Below are positions 26,439-37,475 of a stretch of 64,000 nt of DNA, one piece after another; the first letter of the stretch is position 1; each line of letters starts with the position of its first letter. The position numbers and the translations under genes were made by a program. The DNA comes from Balamuthia mandrillaris (Eukaryota): positions 124,001 to 188,000 of the forward strand of contig JAVKOQ020000032.1 in assembly GCA_031835245.2 (NCBI GenBank), in the 5' to 3' direction. Under the pieces are notes generated by a model, which saw nothing but the letters and a program-made list of their open reading frames with translations, made no database searches and was not told the origin of the DNA.

Positions 26439-27888
26439 GAGGCAAAGAATACAGTGAGAGGACTAACCCAAACAGAAGCTTCGCGAAAGCAAACTCCATA
26501 ATAAGTGACGATGTCAAGTGAAGTACATCGCCGCAGAGCTTGAATCTCCTTTCGAAGAGTGTAGATCTCTTCTCGATTCTTCTCGATAAACGTTTGTGGA
26601 ACAGGGATACATTTTATGGCTAGAACGAAACCTGTTGGTTTATGTTTGGCTTTGTACACTTTGCCAGAAGCTCTGCCTGTGGGGTTAGAGGATGAACCAA
26701 GGACAAGGAGTTAGGAAAGCAAGGCGTACCCTTGGCCAAGGCGTGCAAGTATCAGAAACTCTTCTGCAACGTCATGCTCGTCGTCATCTCCGGTGGTCCA
26801 TTGATAGTTAAAGTCCACGTGCACCTGTTGATTTCATGTGTTCAGTGGCAACTAGACACACCAAGGTAAGAAGATGAAGGAACACAAACCTTATGTTGAA
26901 CTGAGTTAGGAGAGGAGATGACCATCCCGTGTCGTTGCGCTGGCGTTCTTGAGGCTCTTCTAAAGCGCAGAGAAGAGGTAATCCGTTCTCTACCGCTCAT
27001 CACTTCAGCTCCTGTTTCGTCCACCGTTCCGCTTGCATGTTTATCTTTGCCTTTCTTTTTGATGGTTCCAGTCACTCCGTTGGCCAAACGACTGAAGTAA
27101 CGTATGTTTGGACTAAGCACTTTCCTTGACGCTCGTTTGGAGTCTAGCGGAGAGGACTCGGTTGGAGATGAGGAGAGATGTTGACTGTTGATGTTGTCTG
27201 CACTCAGAAATGTTGGAATAGAAGGTGACGGTGGAGATAGAGAACTAAAAGACGAACGGGCAGAATAGGAAGTGGGCGTAGAAGGAAGAGAAGAAGGTGA
27301 AGACAAGGTGGATGACGAAGATAGAGTAGGAGATGAATGAGATAAAGGATTGACGTTTGTCTTGTTTTCGTTGTCCTTTCTGTCAACAACGGGAGAAGAA
27401 GGTAGAGAAGCAGAGGAAGAGGAAGAAGACGATCCTACTGGTATGTAAATAGGTTGTCTCCTTTTTTCGAAAGACCCAGAACGTTGCGCTCGTCGCAACG
27501 AACCTGAAGAGGACGAAAAAGAATATTCATAACGGGTATGTTGAAAGAAGATCCAGTGTTGAGGGTCTGAGCTTCTGCATGCCTCAGCAGAAGGACACAT
27601 CGGCCGTTCTTCCTGTTCTACTTTTTGAACGAGTATTCGTGGTGTATCCGTAGTTATTCCATCCTCCTCTGTTTGTTTTCGCTTTTGTTTAAAGAGTTGT
27701 TCTTCTTTATCGCATTCTTCGATCAGACTTTTCAAGTCGTCCAGAGAGAACTCTTGCAGCCGGTCTAGAAGTTCTTCTTCGGTTATAGTTTCTTTACGTC
27801 CTCTGTTTGTTGTCGTTACTGTTCTTTCTTTCTCTGGAGGTTGTTCTACACCGACTGTGGAAGCAGTAACCTCAGTTGTTATGTCCAT
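24685..27888 (-). CDS. STE20-family Ser/Thr kinase with CRIB-like motif, PBZ-like finger and C-terminal coiled coil
   Basis: CRIB-like ISSPNSVQHK-VHV. Kinase motifs LGQGASGKVYKA, LAIK, HRDLKPGN, ADFG, GTPLYMSPE and KSDVWSLGITAIQMAEGNPP. The tail is an E/K/Q-rich heptad region. Confidence 0.92.
25832..25910 (-). other. U12-type AT-AC intron (79 nt) in the STE20 kinase
   Basis: Minus strand reads GGAACTC|ATATCCTTCC...TTTCCTTAAC...TTTAC|CTTTGTACATG. Removal restores GTPLYMSPE. Confidence 0.92.
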
Positions 27889-28848
27889 CCCTTCTTTTTT
27901 TTTTTTGTTGCGCTTCTTTGCACACCAACAGGTGTATTCTTCCGTTTCGTCAAACCAATGCGTTTGTTGATGATGATGCGTTGTTGAGCCAAGAGATGCG
28001 GCTGTGGCCTTCCTTTTGCGAGAGGAAACTAAGTCGACGTTAATACGATGTCCAAAGTTAGCTCGCCTTATTTATGACGAAGAAGGTTTAGGGGCAGTGG
28101 AAGAGAATGGTGGTGACGATGATGAGCTTCTTCGATGAGGTGCAGCTAAAGCATTTGTACAAAAGCAGACAGAGCTTCTTGTTGAATGAGCATGTGACCG
28201 GCATGGGTTTCGCGCATCAAAGCTCAGCTTCTTAGTGTAGTGTATTAGTACGCTCTAAAGAAGAGAGGTGAGAAGAAAAGGAGAGAAAGAAAGAAAGAGA
28301 ACAATGAAAAGAAAGAGTGCAGAGAAGAGAACAACGAAGAGAAGAGACCAACGAAGCGAAGCGAACGGTGGAGAGAAGAGAGCGGCCAAGGGAGCAATGA
28401 AGTGAAAGAGAAGCCGAAGAGAATGAGCAAATGAAGATGAACGCTCGAAGGAGAAGGGTCAAACGCCCAAAAGAGAGAAGCGACGACGAGCATCAGCCAG
28501 AACGAACCGAGTGCATGGGCATCAGAGATTCCCATGTTGTGGATGAACCTCTGAGGGAACCACTCCAAACCACCAGGAGGACCACCCACTACGCTTTTTT
28601 CCAAGCTTCGATAATTGTCGATAATGTGCAATCCATTTTTCGAAATTTCGACCGCAACTCCTCATTTTTAATACCAATTTATAATGAATGAAAAATAATA
28701 TCGAAAGGAGTGACAGAACAATCCCCAAAAAAAAAAATACTCCACTGCACTACACAAAACGTAGCGAGAGCAACACAAGGCAGGCAGCAAGGAACAAGAA
28801 CCCTTGCTTCCAGCCATCCGTTCTCTCTCATCTGATCCACTCATCCGG

Positions 28849-30682
28849 ATGCCCTTCAAAGCGGCTGCTCTCCTTTTGTTTTTGTGGGTGGGGGTGGCCT
28901 CGGTCACCGCCACCGCCAAAGGCTCTCGTCTGCTCCAAAACAACTACGACTATTGCCAGGCCCCTCTGCCGCAGTACGTGCCGTTGCCGCAGGAGGTGGT
29001 GAGGGGACGCTCAGCGGAGCTGCTGCATGTGCAGTTGATCACGCGGCATGGGGACAGGAGCCCGGCCAACATACTGCCCCATGAGGACGTGGAGTGGAAC
29101 TGTGATACCACCGGGCTGGTGGCTCTGGATGGCGTGTTGGGACCGCCCCCTGGTTTGTTTTTCTATTGGCTCTCGCTTCTCTTGTTCTGTGCTCTTTCTT
29201 GTTCTTCTGACAGTCTTTTCTTTGAAGGAGGAAGTCTAACTGGAAGCACTTACATAAAAAACATTAACCTTGTTTCTAATCTACCTTTCAGTCAGGTATC
29301 TCCTCTCTCCGTTGTTATCACTTCTTGTGATTGTTTTCGCATTCTTCTTTTTCTACTTTCTTCTTCCTGCTCTTCTTTCTTGTCGTTTCCTTCTTGTCGT
29401 TTCTTTCTTTCGTTCTTGCTTGCTTGCTTCTTCCTTACGTACGTTTGCAATACAGGGAATGTGGTCTGGTAACTGCAGTGCTGGCCAACTTACATCAGAG
29501 GGAGCAATGCAACATTACGTCATGGGCAAACGCCTTCGTCAGATCTACATTACTCAACTTGGCTTCCTTCCGTCTCAATACAACGCTTCTCAAGTGTTCG
29601 TTCGTAGCACTGACGTTTGGTACTCTATTTGTTGCTTCTTCTCCTCGATTTCTCTTTCTAGTCTTAACTTTATTTACTTGTAGGCGAACGGAACAATCCG
29701 CACAAGCCAACTTGTTAGGTCTCTACCCTCCTGACACTCGCACAAGTACTTCTCGAGATTCCTCTGGCATCCCCATCTACGTTCGACCAAACCCGGTAGA
29801 GAACATGGTGGAGAATCCGACCTTATGCCCCCGAGTGGCCGCCATTCTCAACAACAAGACTCAAAGCGATGAATGGCTTGCTCACCAAAAAGCGATGAAC
29901 AATATTCGGTTTGTTTTTCTTTTTCTTTTTCATTGGTGCAACTTGTTTCTAACATCTCTTTGTTTACAGTTTGAAATGCAACAAAGTGTGCGATACAGGA
30001 GACCTTGCGAGTTGGAACAATGCATGGGATCACTTCTCTGACAACTTTCATTGTAGAACTTGTCACAAGAAGCCGTTACCATGCAAGCAAGGACTTTGCA
30101 TTACTTCCTCTGACGCCGAGCAGATCTTCAAGGAAGCCAGTTGGGAGCGGGATTTTCTCTATCAAACCGATAGAGAGCTGATGAGGATCGCCATTGGAGA
30201 GTTTGTCGGAGAGCTTCTGTCCCTCATGAACAGAACAGCCAACGGAGATGCTACGGGTAATGCGCTTTTTCTTGTTTGCTTTCTTTTTCGCCATTGTCTT
30301 CGCTTCTCTCTCGTCCTTTTGTTATTATTTCTGCTCTTTTGCTGTTTCCGTTTGCTTGTGCTTTGCTTCTCACTTCTTTCTTTCAGTGCCCAAATATGCC
30401 TTCTTCTCAGGGCACGACACCACAATAAGCTACTTGCTCGGGGCATTCCGCCAGGACACCAAGGAAGAGATCAGATGGCCTCCTTACGCCTCCAACATCA
30501 TCTTTGAGCTGTGGAGAGTCCAGAACGATTCGCTTTACGTGCGTTGGATTTACAATGGCCAAGTGTTGCCCATTCGTGGCTGCGGGGCGAGCGATGAGCT
30601 CTGCCCTTGGTCCCAGTTCCTCTCTCACACCCTCAAAGAGACAGTGTTGGACCACAGCAATTATCGTCAACTCTGTTTCTAA
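28849..30682 (+). CDS. Secreted/lysosomal histidine acid phosphatase
   Basis: Signal peptide MPFKAAALLLFLWVGVASVTA. Motifs RHGDRSP, GQLT..G...H...G..LR..Y, VRSTDVWRT..SA, SGHDTT and WPPYAS. Confidence 0.92.
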
Positions 30683-30766
30683 CTTTTTGGCTCACAATCG
30701 ATCAAAATGTTTATTATCGACAACAATAAAATTATCGTTAGCGACCGAAAAATATTCTTCAATGGC

Positions 30767-31665
30767 TCAGTTCTTCCTGAGTGCTCTGGAGAGCTCTTCG
30801 CAAGGCTGCACCAGCACAAAGCCAGAGTCGCCCTCAAACTTCATCTGAAGCTCCTCGCCGCTGCCTCTGCCGATCAAGCTCTTGAACTTGATGTCGGTCT
30901 TCAACGAGGGGGAAAGGTTGCCGGACCACATGACGCAGGCCTGGGGATCCGCAATCACCGGGTGGTCAGCTGTCACTTGCAAAGCGATTGGGTGACCATG
31001 TGTTGTTAGCGCTATCATTCCTACAATTTTTAAAAAATATGGTTAGCAAGGAAAACACGACAAAATAGTACCAAACATACCAGTTCCTTCGTATTTGACG
31101 TTAAACAAGCCGCCCTGGAGCATGCCTCCAATCTTCTTCATCATCTTGATGTCCCACTTGAGAGATGGCTCAAAGGCAAGGATGTCATTGCCGTTGAGCA
31201 CCACTGACTCGTTGTTGAGGTGAATGATGTGAACGTGCTTGGCAAAGTCTCCCAAGTAGAGAGTACCCGTGCCTTCAGCTTTGGCCAAAGTCGCTCCTAT
31301 TTGTTGAAAGAAAACCGAGCAACAAAAACAATAAGAGCGGTTAGTTTTAGTCGCAGAAGAGGATGAACGCAGAGGAGAAGAGGAGAAAAATGACCTTCTC
31401 CGGTGGCCATCTTTTTAAACATCTTGCCGATGCCGTGTTCGGCCATGCCCTCGCGGCTAAACTTGATGCTTCCCGAGTAGGCAACCATGGTTCCGAGCTT
31501 GATCCAGAGGAGCTCGTCCTTCAGCCTTGCAACCACGGTATGAGGGTTCTCCAGCTCAAGCTTGGCTCGGCCTCCGCTCTGGGCACCCATGGATTGAACA
31601 AAGTTGTTGAGAGTGTAGGGGGCTCCGCCGCCGCTGCTACTGCCACTGCTGCTGTCTCCTTGCAT
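30767..31665 (-). CDS. AIM24 (DUF124) family protein, bacterial-like, 3 exons
   Basis: Motifs GTMVAYSGSIKF, KKMATGEG, GNDILAFEPSLKWDI, GGLFNVKYEGTG, DPQACVMWSG and GRGSGEELQMKFEG..FVLVQP. Confidence 0.88.
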
Positions 31666-32201
31666 TATTATTTGTTTTTTCTAACGTTGAGAAAGAGGAG
31701 AGAAGTTGAGGTTAGTGCATTTGAGCCTTGTTCACAAGAGATAAGAAGGGTTCAGAAAACAGGGGGGAATCTAGCCGCACCGTTTCGTCAAGCTTGTTGT
31801 TGCTTTTTGTTGTTGTCAAACGACACAGATAAGGCACACAAAAAATTTTTAGGAGTTTGTGGGTGATAGTGGTGCTGTTGTCCCCGCTCGAAAAGTGAGA
31901 ATAGTAGCAGAAAAGGCGCGTGTAACCGTTGCAACAGATAAACAAACAAAAAGGTTATTATTTAAGGATTGTACTGCCGACTTACCCTAATTAAATAAAT
32001 GGATCTAATTACCAAATTGACGTAATACTACCAAATTTGGAGAAAAACTGACGTATGCAACACCAAATAAAGGACCAGAATACTAAATAGGGTTCTATTT
32101 CTGGAAGTCTACCCGGTTATTCGCTTAAAAATGCTTTTTCCTGGTATTTTTTCAAACTAGTTTAATTACAAAAGGAGTTTTTACACGTGTTCAAAAACCC
32201 T

Positions 32202-33279
32202 CTAAGCGCAGCGCATGACGTGGTTGGACGGCAACGCTCCTGCCCGTCCGCCCTTCTGCGGGCGGCCTATCCACCAGCCGCTGGGGTCCCGCTGGGTGAT
32301 CCAGATGTAGTCCCCTTTGGAGAAGGTCAGCTCGTTGGAGAAGTCCGTGGGGTAATAGCTGTAGGAGGCCTGAACCCAAAAGCCTTCCTCCTCGCCGACG
32401 CCGTCCGCCGCTGCTTGCTCTTTTGCCTGTTCTTCGGGTTTCTGCCCTTCTTGCTCTGGATGTTGCGTTTGCTGTGCTTGCTGTGGGGTTCGCGAGCGTT
32501 CACTCTCTCCTGTGCTATGTCTGTCGTGATATTTGGCGCTGTGACGATAGTGTCTGTTGTAGTCTCTCCATTCGGTACTTTCGAAACTACGAGTCACAAG
32601 GTCACGATGCTGTTGAGAGAAAGTAGGGCTACTGCCTGATGTTTGTGTCTCATCATCGAAGCGGAGCGGGAGACGAAACATGACTCTTCGCTGTGGTTGG
32701 GGTGACGGTTTTTCTTCTTTGTCAAAACGAACGGAAGGAGTCGGTCGGATGTCTATTGCTGGGCGTATCAATAACTCTTCAGCTCGTCCCGGAGGAAGTG
32801 GAGGTGGCGAGGAAGCAGGAGAAGGCGAGGAAGGGAGAGATGGAGGAAGCGGAGGGTGAGATAACCGAGCACCGTTTTGGTCTCTACGTGGTGGTCGTGG
32901 AGGAGGTCCTTTTCGTGGAGCCTCTTGTCGGTCAGGTTGACTGCTGCTCGCTATTGCATTCGATGGTGTTTTGCCTCCGCGTGATGGCGGTTGTGGATAG
33001 AATGAAGCAGAGGAAGGACGAAGTTGTTCCGCTTGTTGCGGTTGTTGGTTTCTTGAGGTAGGCTTCAATGCGAGAGAAGGTGGAGGAGGTGGCGAGGAAG
33101 GTAGCACGCGCACAACAGGCGTTGAATGACGGGCGGTCGTCCGATGCTCCACCGTGTAGGCCTGCTCTTGTGCATGGTAGAGAGAGCTAAAACGGGTCAC
33201 CTCCTCCTCAGCTTGGTCCACCGCTCGTGTTTCGTGGAGAGCAAAACGGACCGAGGCACGCGTCACCGGTCTGCCCTCC

Positions 33280-33311
<32 letters not shown>

Positions 33312-33489
33312 TTGCGGTGCGTCATACGCACCGTCCCCGCGCCGCGTCCGTTTCTTGTGCTTGCGATGCTTCCTTCTCTTCCCTCCAGAAAGGGCTGCGC
33401 AAGCTAAATGGTCATTCACGGGCAAAAGAAAATGGTGGAATGGAGTGATGAGGGAGGTTAATAGAAACAAACAACGCACCGGCTCCCAT
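32202..33489 (-). CDS. Myristoylated, proline-rich protein with C-terminal SH3 domain
   Basis: A 10-nt first exon (33489-33480) spliced to 33394 gives MGAALSGGKRRKHRKHKKR. The middle is PxxP-rich. SH3: ASYSY...NELTFSKGDYI...DPSGWWIG...GALPSNHV. Confidence 0.85.
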
Positions 33490-33986
33490 AGTGTGTGTTG
33501 CTTTCGAGGGGGGGGGATGTTCTTGCCTCAGGTCTTTTTCCTTCTTCTTTGCTGTTAATATTTTATTATATTTAATATTTAATATTTAATATTTTTATTT
33601 TTTGGTTATGTTTTGTCTGGTACCTTTCAAAAATGTCCGTCAAGCTCAAAAATTTTAATTATTTTTGTTATAAAAATAATAATTTCCTTTGTGGCGAATA
33701 AACATTTGTTTGTTGCTCCGTTTTGTGGGCCGCACATGGCAGACGGACCAAACAAAGGAGTAATAGATGGCTCTAGAGTTACGCAAGAAGCCTTTCGGGC
33801 TGTTTTCTGCAAACGAGTCGACCGAGCCCCTGCGCGAAAGAGTTACTTTTGGTTTCCTTTGGACGAAGGTGTGTCTCTCTCTTTCTTATGCAGGAAAACT
33901 TCTTGCTCCAACACAGAAGCACACGTCTTGAGCAAAAAAGCTGAGACAGAAGAAACTCGAAAAAAAAATGGTGGACAAAAGTAATG

Positions 33987-34057
33987 TGCATCCGCCGGGA
34001 GTTGAACCCGGGCCTCCCGCGTGGCAGGCGGAAATCATGCCCCTAGACTACGGATGC
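33987..34057 (-). tRNA. tRNA-Gly (anticodon GCC)
   Basis: Minus strand GCATCCGTAGTCTAGGGGCATGATTTCCGCCTGCCACGCGGGAGGCCCGGGTTCAACTCCCGGCGGATGCA has acceptor stem GCATCCG/CGGATGC, anticodon loop CTGCCAC and T-loop GGTTCAA. A TTTT run a few nt downstream fits a Pol III terminator. Confidence 0.96.
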
Positions 34058-34198
34058 TTGTTGGAAAAATCGCAGTTGGTTTTGAGTTGAAGTTCGAATC
34101 TTGTTAATAGTAATATAGACACGAGAAGTTTTAATTTGCGAGGCACGAAACGCATTTTTTTTTCCTGGGCCGTTCCGTTTCTCCGTGTTGGACTTAGG

Positions 34199-34997
34199 AT
34201 GGGCACGGCCTGCAGCTGCTGCTATGGGAAGCTCTCATGGGGTTTGCGTTATCCTCTATCTCTCTTCTCTTCCTCCTCGCTCTTTGCGATCTTTTTTTTT
34301 TCCCATTACTCTCTGGCCTCTATACTGCGACAAAACTGACTTTTTCGTGGTGTTACATCACCTCCGCAAAACAAAAACAACAAGACTCTGTGTTGGCCTA
34401 TAGCACCGTGAAGGTGGTGCAGATAAGGGACAAGCGGTTGGGCTTGCTGCATTATTTTCTCATGGCCCTCATCATCGGCTATATAGTGGGGTATACGCTG
34501 CTCTACCAGAAACGTTACCTGTTGCTGGAGGTTCCAACCGGCTCCGTTCGGACTTCTCTGCAAAGCGTATGCTTCTTCCTTCCTTGTTTGTGTTTGTCTT
34601 CCCTTCTCCTTTTTTTCATTGCCATTCTTCTTTCTTCTTTGAGTTTCGTATGTGTCTCTTTCTTGTCGTTTCTTCCTTTCTTCCTTCTTTGCTTACTCAT
34701 CGTTAAAACAAACAGCCTCAAACGGCTGGTCAGCTACCGCCTCCTCCAAGCCAACTGCCTTATTGTTCTCCTCTTGCTGCTGCTTCTTCTTCCGCTCAAC
34801 AACAACAACAAAAAAGACAAAGCGATAGCGGTGGCGGCGGCGGTGGTTTTCCCTTTGACCAATACCCATGCCAGTATTGGGATGAAGAACTTGTTGTGTG
34901 CGTTTGTTTTTTGTTGTTGTTCCGGTTGAAGCATTACCGACTGACTGAAAATACGCTAACAGCTTTCCAGTTACTGAAGCCACTGCGATGGTTCACC

Positions 34998-35032
<35 letters not shown>

Positions 35033-35062
35033 ATCTGTTCGCTTCTCTTGTTCTGTCATTCT

Positions 35063-35097
<35 letters not shown>

Positions 35098-36907
35098 CTC
35101 TAATAGTTCATAGCAACGAGAGTGACGAGCGCATCAGAGCACCTGGTTAATTGCAGCTTAACATCCCCGACTTGCGTATACGTGAACGCACAACCTCCCG
35201 AGACCTTTTTCATCGCCAATATCGAAAACTTTACGGTAACTTCTTCTTCTGTTTCTTCCTTTTTCTTCTTGTTCTTGTTCTTCTTCTTGTTCTTCTTCTT
35301 CTTCTTCTTCTTCTTCTTCTTGTTCTTGTTCTTGTTCTTGTTCTTCTTCTTCGTGTTCTTCTTTCTTGTTCTTCTCTTCCTTCTTCCTTCTAATGCAGTC
35401 TTTTCAATTTACAGTTGCTGATAGATCATTCCATGTTTACACAAGAAGTGGGACTACAAGCAAACTCGCGGGAACTGCCAGGCAAGCTCGTGAACCAACA
35501 TGGGCATGAGATGAAAGATCCGTTCCCTGGTGACTCTATCGGTCAAGCCGGAAAGGCTGACATCATCCATCTTAGCCTGTTGTTGGAAGCTGCTGGCATT
35601 CATTCCCTAGATACTCCTTGTAACGCTCTTCTCTTCTTCACCGTTCTCTTCTCTTTCCTTGTCTCATCGTTTTGCTTCCCTGCATTCTGTCTCCTCTTGT
35701 CGTTGGCTTGGCTTATATTCTCTGTCGCTTTTCTCTCTGAGCTAACCTTTGCTTTGCTTTTTTGACAAGCGTCCAACAACGCCACTTTGAGCAAGCGTTA
35801 TGATGGCATTGTGTTGCTGGTCTTTATCACGTACAGCAATACTTTCTCCTTCAACACAAAAAGCGTTCATTACGAGTACAGCGTCCACGAGGTTAGCAGC
35901 ACCAAGTTCAAATCGGTTGAGCCCATTCTCACCAAGAACATCACAACGAGACGTACAGCAACCAAACTTCACTTTCAAGCTTTTGTACTGTTTGTGAAAG
36001 TTGCTTCTAATCTTGATTTATCTTTGTTTCTGTACAGAGACTTGGAATCGGCATGGCATTCGCCTCATTTTCATCCAACAAGGTATAACTTTGTTTACAG
36101 GCTCTGTTAAGTTCTCTTTTTTTTAAACTCAAGAGTTATCTTTCTCTCTCACACACAAACAGGGCGACTCGGTAAATTCGACTTTCAAACTTTGCTTTTA
36201 TCGGTTTGGCCTTCTTCTTTTTGCTTATTCTTGTCCATGTTGTTATGCTCCTTCTTCTTCTTGTTCTTCCTCTTGATTTCTTGTGCTTGTTCTTGTTGTT
36301 GATGCTCTTTGTTGTTTCTCACAATAACCACACTATCATATCAGTTGGTTTCTGGATTAGGATTACTGGCAGTGGCCACCTTTATCGTTGATACTTGTGC
36401 TTTGCGGTTGATGCCATCCACCAAGAAGATCTATCATCGCTACAAATACCTTGAAACGCCTGAATATGCCACAGGTACCTCTTACATTCTTCTATCCTTT
36501 TTTCCTCTTAATTCATCACGCACTTTGCATCTCTTGTTTTCCTTCTTCCTCTTCCTCTTCCTCTTCCTCTTCCTCTTCCTCTTCCTCTTCCTCTTCCTCT
36601 TCCTCTTCCTCTTCCTCTTCCTCTTCCTCTTCCTCTTCCTCTTCCTCTTCCTCTTCCTCTTCCTCTTCCTCTTCCTCTTCTAACAAAACAACGTTTTGCA
36701 GTTTTGGAGAAGGAAGAGAAAGATGGGAGACCCAAAGCAAGAGAGAGAAAAACGTATCTTCCCATTGAGGATGACCCAGAACGACGAATGCCCAAAAGAC
36801 GATCACTGGAAGATGACGACGAGGACGAACACAGCAACACCAGTTTCTTTGATGGTTGGAACAGCGACATAGTACCAAGTGGCGAAGCTCCCATCTTCGA
36901 AGAATGA
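34199..36907 (+). CDS. P2X purinergic receptor-family ion channel (Dictyostelium type)
   Basis: AYSTVKVVQIRDKRLGLLHY (YxTxK) precedes TM1. Further motifs: GSVRTSL, FIATRV, IENFTLLIDHS, RYDGIVLLVFITYSN, RHGIRLIFIQQGRLGKFDF, TM2 LVSGLGLLAVATFIVD and C-terminal YxxxK (YHRYK). Confidence 0.93.
36545..36680 (+). repeat. (TCTTCC)n hexanucleotide microsatellite in a P2X intron
   Basis: Over 20 near-perfect copies. It is the source of spurious poly-E and poly-GR ORFs on the minus strand. Confidence 0.95.
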
Positions 36908-37475
36908 AATAAAAGAAGATACAAATAACACAGCGTCTCGTCTCTTTCCTCCCTCCAGGCACAAGTTCTCCAGAGTGGCATGTCCCAGTGCCCTGAATCT
37001 CAGAGCTGCGTTGCTTTGCTCAAGGGAGAGAGAGAGAGCATAGACATACCAACCGAAAAGGGGATCGAAGAGCTCTCTGTTCCGTCAGACAGGGAAGAGG
37101 AGGTGGAAAGCAAATTCCTTCCCTCCCTTCTCCAACCATTTGCACACACTCCACCAAAGGCAACCCCTCCAACAAAGAGCTTACCTTGCCGGGGAAAGCC
37201 ACAACAAACGGAAGAGAGCATAGCAAGTGGAAGCTGCTAAGAAAATTTTGTGGAGGGGCGGTTCTCTGAGAAACAACAATTATCTTCTTGTTTTTCTTCG
37301 TCTTCTTTCATAGTTCTTCGTTTTTATTCTCGTCATACATCACTCTTCTACGGAGGCTATGGGCAAAACAAACAAACACTTCTCTATCATACATGCGGCG
37401 TCTTGAGGATTTCTTTCCATCTTCCCATTCTATCTTTCTTTCTTTCTTTTCATTTTCCATTTTCTTTCTCTTTCG

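Noticed and set aside
27900..28640. Possible extra coding exons upstream of the STE20 kinase
   Set aside because: An intron-like tract is present but the spliced frames I tested hit stops; more likely a 5' UTR.
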